Of a stretch of DNA of 64,000 bases, positions 10,101-18,510 are shown piece after piece. Below the pieces are notes generated by a model. The model was not told the DNA's origin and ran no database searches. It saw only the letters and a list, made by a program, of their open reading frames with translations. The first letter of the stretch is position 1, and every line of letters starts with the position of its first letter. Made by a program: the position numbers and the translations under genes. The DNA comes from Melioribacteraceae bacterium (lineage in GTDB: Bacteria; Bacteroidota; Ignavibacteria; Ignavibacteriales; Melioribacteraceae), in assembly GCA_016342755.1 (NCBI GenBank), contig JAEINS010000018.1, forward strand, positions 19,279-83,278. The letters are read 5' to 3'.

Positions 10101-11176
10101 TTCACTACCTCTACTAATTGTCCTTCGCTAACTTTGTTTATATCTCTTATAACAGTTTCACCAGCCATTAAACCGGCCAATACAATAAATTTATCGTTAT
10201 ATTTTTTGCCAAGTCTTAACCATCTTAAACTTGCTTCATTATTACGATTTACAGTATAAACACCTTTTAGCTGACCTTTTGTTACTATTAAACTTTCATC
10301 CACAGCTATAACTTTTCTTGATGCTGTTTCTAAAATTATTTTTGCAAACATTCCCGATTTTATTTTTGAACTAATTTCTTCTTTGTTTAATTCAACTCTA
10401 ACACCAAACTGTCTGCTTGCAGGATGCCCGCTGGGATTTACTTCAAGTACTTTTGCTGAAACTGATAAATCATTTAGATCTGTTAATACAACCTTTACTT
10501 CCATACCTTTTTCAAATAAGTTAATATCACTTGCTGAGACACTTGCTACTGCTTCCAGTGTTGATAAATCTTCAACCATTAAAATCGGATATCCCGGAGC
10601 TGATATATCGCCAACTTCAAAAAACTTATTTGTTATAAAACCGTTAAATGGCGCTGTAACTGTCGCATAGCTTAAAACATCATCAAGCTCAGCTTCCATG
10701 GCCTCAACAGCGTTAACTTGTGCTTTAGCCATTGTATAATGCATCTCTATATCTTCAAATTCTTTTTTCGACGCACTGCCTTTATCAAATAGATCTTTTA
10801 ATCTTTCATAATTTACTTCTGTTGTTTTTAAAGCGGCTTCGGCTTGCACCATGTTCGCTTCAACCTGATTCTTTTTTGCTTTAAGATCTTTACTGCTAAT
10901 CTTTACTAAAACTTCCCCTTTTTTAACTGCCGCACCGGTTTCAAATGGCAGGTAAGTTATTTCTCCCATCAGCTTTGTGCTTAATTTAACCTGCTTACTT
11001 CCTTCAACATTTCCAGAAAACTCATATTGATTTGGAATTTCGAGTGTCGAAATTTTCTCAACATTTACCTTAACTGATTCACCTTTTGATTCATAAGTTT
11101 TTTCACTTCCGCATGCCGCAACAAACATTCCGGCAAGTGTTAATAAAAAGAATTTTAAATATTTTTTTGAAATCAT
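10097..11176 (-). CDS. RND efflux periplasmic adaptor (membrane fusion protein), lipoprotein
   Basis: Lipobox FVAACG, lipoyl-like V.KGEVLVKI, coiled-coil hairpin, ATVTAPFNGFI beta-barrel motif. I prefer the ATG at 11176, preceded by GGAGA, over the TTG at 11188. Confidence 0.85.
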   Translation of the reverse strand: MISKKYLKFFLLTLAGMFVAACGSEKTYESKGESVKVNVEKISTLEIPNQYEFSGNVEGSKQVKLSTKLMGEITYLPFETGAAVKKGEVLVKISSKDLKAKKNQVEANMVQAEAALKTTEVNYERLKDLFDKGSASKKEFEDIEMHYTMAKAQVNAVEAMEAELDDVLSYATVTAPFNGFITNKFFEVGDISAPGYPILMVEDLSTLEAVASVSASDINLFEKGMEVKVVLTDLNDLSVSAKVLEVNPSGHPASRQFGVRVELNKEEISSKIKSGMFAKIILETASRKVIAVDESLIVTKGQLKGVYTVNRNNEASLRWLRLGKKYNDKFIVLAGLMAGETVIRDINKVSEGQLVEVVK

Positions 11177-11202
11177 TTTGTTCTCCAATAATTATTAAAC
11201 TT

Positions 11203-12546
11203 TTATAATGTAATTTTTTTACCAAGCATTAATTCTGTTTTATAAACACTTACATTGTAGAAGAAAAGTGTTTTTAAATAATTTAGATTTGAGTTCGAGT
11301 TTTCAGCTTCCACTCTTAAAAGATCAGCAGTTTTCTCTAATCCTTTTTCAAATCTGTCTCTCATTATCCTTAAACTTTCATTCGATTGTTCAAGTGCTTT
11401 AGAAGCTAAAACAAGTTTCTTCTTTGCTGTTTCTAAATCTCCTATCGCTGATTCAACTTCAACTCTGTTTTGCGATTTTGCCTTATTAAAAGATACTCTG
11501 GCATTATCCAATTCAGCCTGCGATTTCTGAATACCAGCTATATTTTGAAATCCGTTAAAAACATTCCATTGCAGATTTAATCCAACCATCCAGCTATCAC
11601 CGCCGGTTCCGCCTAAATCTTTATCGTTATATTCATAACTTCCAAAAGCATTTAACCTTGGCACAAATTTTAGATAGTTCATTGTAGAAGCACTTTCTAA
11701 AGCCGCTATTCTGTGTTTCATCGCCATCATATCAGTTCTAACTTCATTTATTTCTTCAAACGAATAATCATATTCTGAAACTGAAGGTTTTGTAAGTTCA
11801 TCTGTTGGCTCTATTGTTTCTTCACCCTTTATATCCAATAAAAATTTAAGATTGTTGCTGGCGGTAAAGTATCCATTTAATGCTTCAAGTTTATTGCTTT
11901 CCATACTAGAGACATAAACTTCAGCCATCAGATAATCAGCTTTATTCATATATCCTTTATCAAAATAATCCTTAGCTGTGTTTCGTCCGTTTATAGCTGC
12001 CTTTAACGCTTTATCAACTACTTTAAGACTTCTCTTTGCCAATAGTACCTGATAATAACTTACTTTAACCTGAAACTCGATAAACTCTTTTGTTCTTTTT
12101 AATTTGTATTCCATTGCGTCTACCGCATTTGAAGCAGCCGATCTTCCATAAAATCCATCAAAGTTTAATAACGGCTGTTTAACTTCCAGCTTTGTAGTAT
12201 AATTGTTTATAATTGCCGGATCGTTTAATAACATAGGATTAAAATCCATAGCAGTTACAATTTCTTGTTTTAACTTAAAACCAAAAGAATTAAGCGGATC
12301 ATTTGTTCTTATAAATGTCTCCGATAAAGTTACCTGGGGTAAAAACACGGCAAGAGAACTATTTTTATCAGCTTGCATTCTATCAACATCAGTTTGTGCA
12401 AGTTTAATCTCAAAATTTTTCTCTTTGGCCATATCCAAGGCTTCTTTCAGCGATAGTTTCTTTTTGCTTTCTGACTGCGCATTGATAGAAACTGCCAGTA
12501 ACAGCAAAAGTAAAACACCCATAATTTGATTAAATCCTTTTTTCAT
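11203..12546 (-). CDS. TolC-family outer-membrane efflux protein
   Basis: Signal peptide, two-repeat OEP architecture, and operon position upstream of the MFP and RND genes. Confidence 0.85.
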   Translation of the reverse strand: MKKGFNQIMGVLLLLLLAVSINAQSESKKKLSLKEALDMAKEKNFEIKLAQTDVDRMQADKNSSLAVFLPQVTLSETFIRTNDPLNSFGFKLKQEIVTAMDFNPMLLNDPAIINNYTTKLEVKQPLLNFDGFYGRSAASNAVDAMEYKLKRTKEFIEFQVKVSYYQVLLAKRSLKVVDKALKAAINGRNTAKDYFDKGYMNKADYLMAEVYVSSMESNKLEALNGYFTASNNLKFLLDIKGEETIEPTDELTKPSVSEYDYSFEEINEVRTDMMAMKHRIAALESASTMNYLKFVPRLNAFGSYEYNDKDLGGTGGDSWMVGLNLQWNVFNGFQNIAGIQKSQAELDNARVSFNKAKSQNRVEVESAIGDLETAKKKLVLASKALEQSNESLRIMRDRFEKGLEKTADLLRVEAENSNSNLNYLKTLFFYNVSVYKTELMLGKKITL

Positions 12547-12564
12547 TGCTTCTCCATTAATTAA

Positions 12565-12864
12565 TTATAATTTTTTTGAACAGCAGCTTGTTACACAATC
12601 CACTATTTCTAATAACTTTAAATTTTTGAGTGAGTAAAAACAGTTTTTTCCTTCTTTAACTACATTTAATACTCCGCGACTTTTCATATTCCTTAAATGA
12701 TGTGAAACTAAAGATTGTTCAATTTCTAAATGATCAATAATTTCAGTAACACTTAATCTGTCTTTTCCTATTATGGCCAAGATATTTAGTCTGGCTGGAT
12801 GTGCTATTGCCTTTAGCATTTCAGCCGATTCGGTTAATACTGTTGAATTGATTTCTTGATGCAT
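12565..12864 (-). CDS. ArsR/SmtB-family metalloregulatory transcriptional repressor
   Basis: 99 aa. Winged HTH block LKAIAHPARLNIL......LSVTEI......EQSLVSHHLR.M...G, plus a C-terminal Cys cluster CVTSCC. Confidence 0.85.
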   Translation of the reverse strand: MHQEINSTVLTESAEMLKAIAHPARLNILAIIGKDRLSVTEIIDHLEIEQSLVSHHLRNMKSRGVLNVVKEGKNCFYSLKNLKLLEIVDCVTSCCSKKL

Positions 12865-12873
12865 TTTCGTCTC

Positions 12874-12901
12874 ACATGAATATATGTTAATATTTACATG
12901 T
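12874..12901. promoter_or_regulatory. Candidate ArsR operator: imperfect 12-4-12 inverted repeat 10 nt upstream of the arsR start
   Basis: ACATGAATATAT-gtta-ATATTTACATGT. 10 of 12 positions are complementary by hand alignment. Confidence 0.4.
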
Positions 12902-13039
12902 ATTGTGATGCAACAATCTTAAAGAGGATTCAGAGCCTTATGTTATAACTCAAAATTCAATTGATAAAGCATAAGTAAATTCAAATTATTAAAAAAGTCA
13001 ACTATTATCGGTTGTTAGTTTCTACTTTATAATTATTAC

Positions 13040-13333
13040 TTATTTGCTTTTTGAGATCTGGAATTTCCGGTTGATTAAAGGCCAGACTCTTTTATAAAGG
13101 AAATTGGATATACTAAAAACTGAAAAGGCATGCGCTATACCTTTTATTAGTACATATAGTTTAACTCCAAAAACTAAATACCCGGGAATTAAAGACTCAA
13201 TCCAAAGTGATAGTATTAATAAATGGAACATTATAACAAGCAGGAGATAATAGTTTTGGCGCTTTTTGTAAAAAAGTCCGCCAAATACAATAATATGTAT
13301 GGCAAATACAGCAGTTAAAAAATATATGAGCAT
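13040..13333 (-). CDS. Hypothetical small membrane protein (3 predicted TM helices)
   Basis: 97-aa ORF that is almost entirely hydrophobic. I recognised no family. Confidence 0.5.
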   Translation of the reverse strand: MLIYFLTAVFAIHIIVFGGLFYKKRQNYYLLLVIMFHLLILSLWIESLIPGYLVFGVKLYVLIKGIAHAFSVFSISNFLYKRVWPLINRKFQISKSK

Positions 13334-13557
13334 ATTTAATTTTCTTTCGGCAAATTTTAATTGTTTTGAAATGGTAATTTAAGATTTAATTTTGTTAAAC
13401 CAATGGTCTCTAATAAAAATTACACCTTTTGTCCTAATATATTTTTAAAATCATTATTGCATCAAAAATATTTTTTATATACTTTAAGATCACTCGTCCT
13501 CTTATAACCCTTTTCCTTCTAATAAATTATGAAAACTTTAATTAGCATGAGAATAAA

Positions 13558-14028
13558 ATGGAAATATTTGATGATAAAGGTTTGATGATATTCCCCAGAC
13601 CGGAACGGCTAAAAAATGTTACAAAGGAAAAAATAATTTTAATCAAAAATTGTTTCTGTCCTAATGGCCATAACTTAGTTAATAAACGGGCAATTTTTAA
13701 TGGTTATAATGGAGTTGTTCTAAAAGTTATAAAAGGACAGGATTTTGGAATAATTGCTCTAAGTCCGATATTTGGCGATAAAACCAGAATTTGTTTAGAC
13801 ATTACCCTGGAAGACAAAGAACTGCTAAAAATAGTTTGCCCAAGTTGTGACGCGCAAATACCGGTTTACTCTCAATGTGAATGCGGCGGCGATCTTTTAG
13901 CTTTATTTACGCAGCCTGATAAAAACTTTTCAAATTCAGTAGGATTCTGCAACAGAGTTAATTGTGCAAATGCTGAAATTATAAGTGGCGGAGAATTATT
14001 AAATCATTCAATGATTGAACTATTATAG
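13558..14028 (+). CDS. Hypothetical Cys-rich (zinc-ribbon-like) protein
   Basis: 156 aa with CFCPNGH, CPSC-x12-CEC and C-x4-C clusters. Confidence 0.6.
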   Translation: MEIFDDKGLMIFPRPERLKNVTKEKIILIKNCFCPNGHNLVNKRAIFNGYNGVVLKVIKGQDFGIIALSPIFGDKTRICLDITLEDKELLKIVCPSCDAQIPVYSQCECGGDLLALFTQPDKNFSNSVGFCNRVNCANAEIISGGELLNHSMIELL

Positions 14029-14147
14029 ATTCTTTTAGGCATCTGATATTTTTCTGTTTTTTCCGGGTGATTCATATTAATTAGCAGCCACACAAACAAT
14101 GATACAACTACAACGCCGGTTAAAAATAAAATAGCAAGTGCTTTCAT
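14004..14147 (-). CDS. Candidate small ORF (47 aa) encoding a single-TM peptide; below the ORF-track length cutoff
   Basis: Hand translation: MKALAILFLTGVVVVSLFVWLLINMNHPEKTEKYQMPKRIYNSSIIE*. GGAG lies 5 nt upstream of the ATG. The ORF sits directly after the hsp20 terminator, so an independent promoter is doubtful. Confidence 0.3.
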   Translation of the reverse strand: MKALAILFLTGVVVVSLFVWLLINMNHPEKTEKYQMPKRIYNSSIIE

Positions 14148-14168
14148 GAATTCTCCATTTAATAAAAA

Positions 14169-14186
14169 ATCCCGCTTCTGCGGGAT
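14169..14186. terminator. Bidirectional intrinsic terminator downstream of hsp20
   Basis: ATCCCGC-ttct-GCGGGAT, flanked by an A-run on the left and a T-run on the right. Confidence 0.7.
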
Positions 14187-14210
14187 TTTGAGTGCTAAGT
14201 GTTACTTAAA

Positions 14211-14513
14211 TTAGTTTATTGAGATTTCTTTTGTTAAAGATTCAATTTTAGGAAGATCGACTTTTAAAATTCCATTTTTCAATTCCGCATTAATCTTTTC
14301 AACATCAATCTTTTTTCCAAGTTCAAATGATCTGCTGAATTTATGCTCTTCAGTTTTTCCATCAATTATTAAATAACTCTCTTTAACCTGAAGATTAATG
14401 TTTTCTTTTTCGAATCCGGGAACCGGAACTTCTAAAATATATTTGTCGTTGTTATCTTTTACTCTAGTTGAATAAATTGAACTTCCATAAGCATTACATT
14501 GTGAATTATACAT
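14211..14513 (-). CDS. Hsp20/alpha-crystallin-family small heat-shock protein (short form)
   Basis: 100 aa. VPGF.KE.I.L.V....L.I.G......F.R.F.L.....E.I.A...NGIL.V.LPK pattern. Confidence 0.8.
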   Translation of the reverse strand: MYNSQCNAYGSSIYSTRVKDNNDKYILEVPVPGFEKENINLQVKESYLIIDGKTEEHKFSRSFELGKKIDVEKINAELKNGILKVDLPKIESLTKEISIN

Positions 14514-14561
14514 TTTGTTTCTCCTTATAAGTGTTAATTTTTAATTTCATGGCTATACTAC

Positions 14562-14577
14562 ATCAACTCGTGTGCCA
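14562..14577 (-). promoter_or_regulatory. Sigma-54-like -24/-12 element upstream of hsp20
   Basis: The minus strand reads TGGCAC-acgag-TTGAT. The consensus is TGGCAC-N5-TTGC, so there is one mismatch in the -12 box. It lies about 50 nt upstream of the ATG. Confidence 0.3.
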
Positions 14578-14919
14578 AAAGTTAAAAACACTTATTTTGA
14601 ACCATATTTAATCATTGTATTTTGTGGGTAAAAAACGGGTCGGAAATATAGTCAGACATTGTGAAATTTATGCTGCGTCATATTGACGTGCACTTGCACA
14701 TCTGGCAGAGAGGTTTTTGGAATACTGAAAAAGCACAAAAAAATAATTCGTCATACTGAGCTTTTCGAAGTGTGAAAATACAATTAGGGATATTTTTCCA
14801 ATCTCTTTTATTCAGAAATAGAATTATATAGATCAAGATTAAAAATAGAAAACTTATCTATAATAGTTTTTCTAAACAAATCCCATTTTGGAGTTCTTCC
14901 AATTCCGTAATAATCTTAG

Positions 14920-15057
14920 CTAAGATTGTTCATAAAAATCTTTTGCTAAAGGGGAAAAATTGGAATCGTCTATTTCAACTAATTGTGTTGTTGAACAACT
15001 AAATAAACCAATTAGGTGAAGTGAAATAAATATATTTTGTGCTATTAGTTTTAACAT
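14920..15057 (-). CDS. Candidate small ORF (45 aa), lipoprotein-like, 54 nt downstream of ispH
   Basis: Hand translation: MLKLIAQNIFISLHLIGLFSCSTTQLVEIDDSNFSPLAKDFYEQS*. GAGG lies 5 nt upstream of the ATG, and there is a lipobox-like LFSC. Confidence 0.3.
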   Translation of the reverse strand: MLKLIAQNIFISLHLIGLFSCSTTQLVEIDDSNFSPLAKDFYEQS

Positions 15058-15111
15058 CTCGCCCTCATCCAAGTTACAAGATTTCTCACTTTGTTCGAAA
15101 TGACATTAATA

Positions 15112-16326
15112 CTAAATTTTCCCTAAAACTTCTTTGATACTTTTTACATCTTCAAAGTTTTCTAGAAGTCTCATAATTACAGCATCAACAAGTGAATCGG
15201 GACAGGAGGCACCGCTTGTTAAAATAATTTTGACTTCCTTCTTATCAGGTAAAAATCCTTCCTTAACTACTGTTTGTTTTCTATTGATATCAAAATAGTC
15301 TATATGAGTTCCAGAAATATTTTCGTCAGAATTTATAAAGTATGTAGGGAATTTATCTTGAAGAAGCTCAACTAAATGAGTTGTGTTTGAACTATTATAA
15401 CCGCCAACCACAATCGCCAGATCAGCATCGGTTTCCATTAGTTCATAAGTCGCGTTCTGATTATCATTTGTCGCATAACAAAGTGTATCACGAGAATCTA
15501 TAAAATGTCCGGAAAGATGTTCTTCGCCAAATTTTTGCTTCATCACTTCTTTAAAATAATCCGCAATTTCCTGAGTTTCAGTTGCAAGCATAGTTGTCTG
15601 ATTTACAACTCCGGCACATTTAAAATGTTTTTTGAAATCAAAATTTTTGGAGAATCTTCCTTTAAACGTTTCGTAAAATTTGATGGATTCTTTTTCATTT
15701 AAAATCATTTCACCAAGTACTTTTGCTTCTTCAATATCCTTAATAATTATTGATGGAGAATTTTCTGAACTATGCGAAAAGGTTGCACGTGTTTCTTCAT
15801 GTTTAAATTTTCCGTGAATTATAACCGTTGCGCCTTTATCGCCAATAACTTTAGCCCGACTCCAAACTTTCTCTACAAATGGGCAAGTTGTGTTATATCT
15901 GTAAGGATCAATTCCAATTTCTTTTAAATGATTTTCAATTTCTATTGTTGTTCCAAATGCCGGAATCATTACAATATCATCTTTTGTTAAATCACTCCAA
16001 TCTACAATCTGATTTCCTTTTGTATCCATTAAGAACTTTACACCACGACTTATTAAATCTGCATTAACAGCCGGATTATGAATCATCTCACTTAACAGAA
16101 AAATTCTTTTCCCGCCATTCTCTTCAACAGTTTTATAAGCTATTTCTATTGCGTGTTCAACACCAAAACAGAATCCAAAATGGCGGGCAATAAAAAATTT
16201 CACTTTCCCAAAATCTAAAACGGACGGGCTATAATCCTTTTTACGCGGATCATCATTTTTACGTTTATCTTTAATTTTAGCAATTATAGAACTACTGTAA
16301 TGTGCAGGAATCTCAAATTTTTTCAT
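15112..16326 (-). CDS. ispH: 4-hydroxy-3-methylbut-2-enyl diphosphate reductase (long form)
   Basis: HFGFCFGVEHAI, TCPFV, NQTTM and GGYNSSNTTHL motifs of IspH/LytB. Confidence 0.9.
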   Translation of the reverse strand: MKKFEIPAHYSSSIIAKIKDKRKNDDPRKKDYSPSVLDFGKVKFFIARHFGFCFGVEHAIEIAYKTVEENGGKRIFLLSEMIHNPAVNADLISRGVKFLMDTKGNQIVDWSDLTKDDIVMIPAFGTTIEIENHLKEIGIDPYRYNTTCPFVEKVWSRAKVIGDKGATVIIHGKFKHEETRATFSHSSENSPSIIIKDIEEAKVLGEMILNEKESIKFYETFKGRFSKNFDFKKHFKCAGVVNQTTMLATETQEIADYFKEVMKQKFGEEHLSGHFIDSRDTLCYATNDNQNATYELMETDADLAIVVGGYNSSNTTHLVELLQDKFPTYFINSDENISGTHIDYFDINRKQTVVKEGFLPDKKEVKIILTSGASCPDSLVDAVIMRLLENFEDVKSIKEVLGKI

Positions 16327-16597
16327 AGACTTTCATCAATTATTATTTTTACTAAAGCTAAATTTAATAATATTTGGATAACTCATCCAATTTATTTCAA
16401 ATCAGTTTTAAACTTTTTAATTTAACATGTTAGCTATAATTTTTTAACTGATTTAAACGGTGCTGATTCACTTAGAACAAATTCAATTTGGGAAAACAAC
16501 TTTGAAAGAATTTGAATGTTCTTATATTCACCCGGATTTTGTGGTAAATGAATAAAAGTAATTAATTTCAAAAAATATTACAAATTTTCGAATAAGA

Positions 16598-16627
16598 GCG
16601 CAAGTTTTTATAAATTACATCGTCAAA
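16598..16627 (+). promoter_or_regulatory. ECF-type promoter motif, copy 1 (autoregulatory, upstream of the ECF sigma gene)
   Basis: GCGCAAGTTTTTATAAATTACATCGTCAAA. CAAGT and CGTC starts are exactly 20 nt apart. It lies 51 nt upstream of the ATG. Confidence 0.65.
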
Positions 16628-16671
16628 GTGATTAGACAGTAAAAATAGAATAATTTCGTGGAATATATTAA

Positions 16672-17211
16672 ATGCATCTAGATTTTCAGGCAATTGTTGA
16701 AACAAATCAGGATAGGGTACGCAATACCTGTTTCCGGTTTGTAAATAATTTGGAAGATGCAGAAGATATTGCTCAGGAAGTTTTTGTCCAGGTCTATGAA
16801 TCTTTTTCACATTTTCGGGAAGAAGCAGAGCTTTCCACATGGATTTATAGAATTGCCGTAAATAAATCGCTCGATTTCTTACGTAAATCAAAGCGTAAAA
16901 AAAGATTCGGGCAGATGGTATCTTTGTTTGGTTTTGGTGAAGAAGAGGAAGAAATTAGAATTCCTTCGAGTAGTAATCCGCAGCGTGAACTTGAAGATGA
17001 TGAACGAAAGCAGATTCTATATATGATAATCAGAAAGTTGCCGGAAAATCAGCAGACTGCTTTAACACTTAGTAAGCTTGAAGGATTTAACAATAAAGAA
17101 GTTTCAAAGATAATGGAGATGTCACTTTCAGCGGTTGAAGCTTTAATGTTCAGAGCAAAAAAAAATCTTGAAAAAAAATTAAGAAGTTATTTTGAAAAAG
17201 AAAAAACCTAA
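16672..17211 (+). CDS. ECF-subfamily RNA polymerase sigma-70 factor
   Basis: Region 2 (AEDIAQEVFVQVY...STWIYRIAVNKSLDFLR) and region 4 (LPENQQTALTLSKLEGFNNKEVSKIMEMSLSAVEALMFRAKKNL). Confidence 0.9.
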   Translation: MHLDFQAIVETNQDRVRNTCFRFVNNLEDAEDIAQEVFVQVYESFSHFREEAELSTWIYRIAVNKSLDFLRKSKRKKRFGQMVSLFGFGEEEEEIRIPSSSNPQRELEDDERKQILYMIIRKLPENQQTALTLSKLEGFNNKEVSKIMEMSLSAVEALMFRAKKNLEKKLRSYFEKEKT

Positions 17212-17259
17212 CACAAGTTTTTAGAAAATATATCGTCCAATAAAATAAGGACAAGAATT

Positions 17260-17583
17260 ATGAATAAAAAAAATACTATAGAAGAAGAAATTCAAAAAAC
17301 ATTAGCACAGTTTGATAATGCGGAAAGGCTTCCATCAAATCCTTATTTTTATACTCGTGTAAAACAAAGGATTGATGAGAGAAAAAAAACGCACAGAACT
17401 TTTTTTGCTGTTCTGAAACCAGCAACACTAGCTCTTCTATTATTAATAAACGTCAGCACAGTTACATGGTATCTTAATGGAAGTACCACTACCAGTGTTG
17501 ATACAAAATCAGAGTTAGCTGAAATTTTATCAGGTGATCTAAATTTAGAAGTTGAAGAAACAGATCTATTTAATATAGAGTAG
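17260..17583 (+). CDS. Putative single-pass anti-sigma factor
   Basis: 107 aa with one central TM helix. Assigned by position immediately downstream of the ECF sigma gene. No ZAS motif is present. Confidence 0.5.
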   Translation: MNKKNTIEEEIQKTLAQFDNAERLPSNPYFYTRVKQRIDERKKTHRTFFAVLKPATLALLLLINVSTVTWYLNGSTTTSVDTKSELAEILSGDLNLEVEETDLFNIE

Positions 17584-17591
17584 GAAAAATC

Positions 17592-18149
17592 ATGGATGTA
17601 TTTAAACGAAATCGAAATCTAATTATCACAATTATTGTTCTGGTACTGTTTAATCTTGTAACAGTTACGCTTTTGATAATTGGTAAACCGCCTCATCCCA
17701 TGGGGGAAGAAAATATGGGAGAAATAAAGGATAATAATAGACGTCTTGAACATCTTTTAAAGGTTGAGCTAAGTTTTACAAATGAACAGGCAAAGGAATA
17801 TATAAAACTCAGAAAAGAACATCGTGATGGAGCTATATCTATTAACGCTGAACTTAAGAGACTTAGAACACAAATGTTTGATGAAGTTTTAAGTACTAAT
17901 CTTTCACCAACTCTTTCAGATTCATTGCTAAACCTAACTTTAGAAAAACAAGCCGAAATTGAAAAATTAACCTTTAATCATTTTTTAGATTTGAAAAACT
18001 TATGTGATCCAGAACAGCGGAAAAAACTCAAATTATTAATGTTCCAAATAGAAGGTCCGCCTCCGGGTAGAAATTTAAAAGGATTACCTCTTGATGGAAA
18101 TCATGACAGACCTCCGCCACCGCCAAACGGTGAGAGACCTCCAAACTAA
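17592..18149 (+). CDS. Membrane-anchored Spy/CpxP-like (periplasmic heavy-metal-sensor family) protein with a Pro-rich tail
   Basis: N-terminal TM helix, LTxxQ-like motifs (FTNEQAKEY, DPEQRKKL), C-terminal GPPPGRN...DRPPPPPNGERPP. It is the third gene of the sigma operon. Confidence 0.6.
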   Translation: MDVFKRNRNLIITIIVLVLFNLVTVTLLIIGKPPHPMGEENMGEIKDNNRRLEHLLKVELSFTNEQAKEYIKLRKEHRDGAISINAELKRLRTQMFDEVLSTNLSPTLSDSLLNLTLEKQAEIEKLTFNHFLDLKNLCDPEQRKKLKLLMFQIEGPPPGRNLKGLPLDGNHDRPPPPPNGERPPN

Positions 18150-18170
18150 GATTAAGATTATAAAACTAAA

Positions 18171-18199
18171 CCCTTCCCAATTATGAGAAGGGTTTTTTT
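18171..18199 (+). terminator. Intrinsic terminator of the ECF sigma operon
   Basis: CCCTTC-(10-nt loop)-GAAGGG followed by TTTTTTT. Confidence 0.7.
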
Positions 18200-18216
18200 A
18201 TGAAAAATGCAGCACA

Positions 18217-18246
18217 CCGCAAGTTATTTTCAGAGATGCCGTCTAA
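18217..18246 (+). promoter_or_regulatory. ECF-type promoter motif, copy 2
   Basis: CCGCAAGTTATTTTCAGAGATGCCGTCTAA. Same 20-nt spacing. It lies 40 nt upstream of the 18286 ATG. Confidence 0.6.
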
Positions 18247-18285
18247 CTTATTAAACCACTTAAAATATATTATAAGGAGGTTGTT

Positions 18286-18468
18286 ATGAAATACGCTAAT
18301 TTGATGTGGAGTGCTTTTATTAAAGACTTAAAAGAATTTAGTTCTCAGTTAGAAGAATTTCAAAAAGAAGTAATGGATCAAAGAATAAAAGAGAATTTGA
18401 ATTTAGACAACACATATCTATTACTTGCGGAGGTTATTAAAAAAGAATATCGATTACAAAACAAGTAG
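18286..18468 (+). CDS. Hypothetical 60-aa helical protein
   Basis: Strong SD (AAGGAGG), and it sits downstream of motif copy 2. I recognised no family. Confidence 0.5.
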   Translation: MKYANLMWSAFIKDLKEFSSQLEEFQKEVMDQRIKENLNLDNTYLLLAEVIKKEYRLQNK

Positions 18469-18510
18469 ATATAACTAATAAAAAATCAAATAATACAATT
18501 GGAGAATAAA

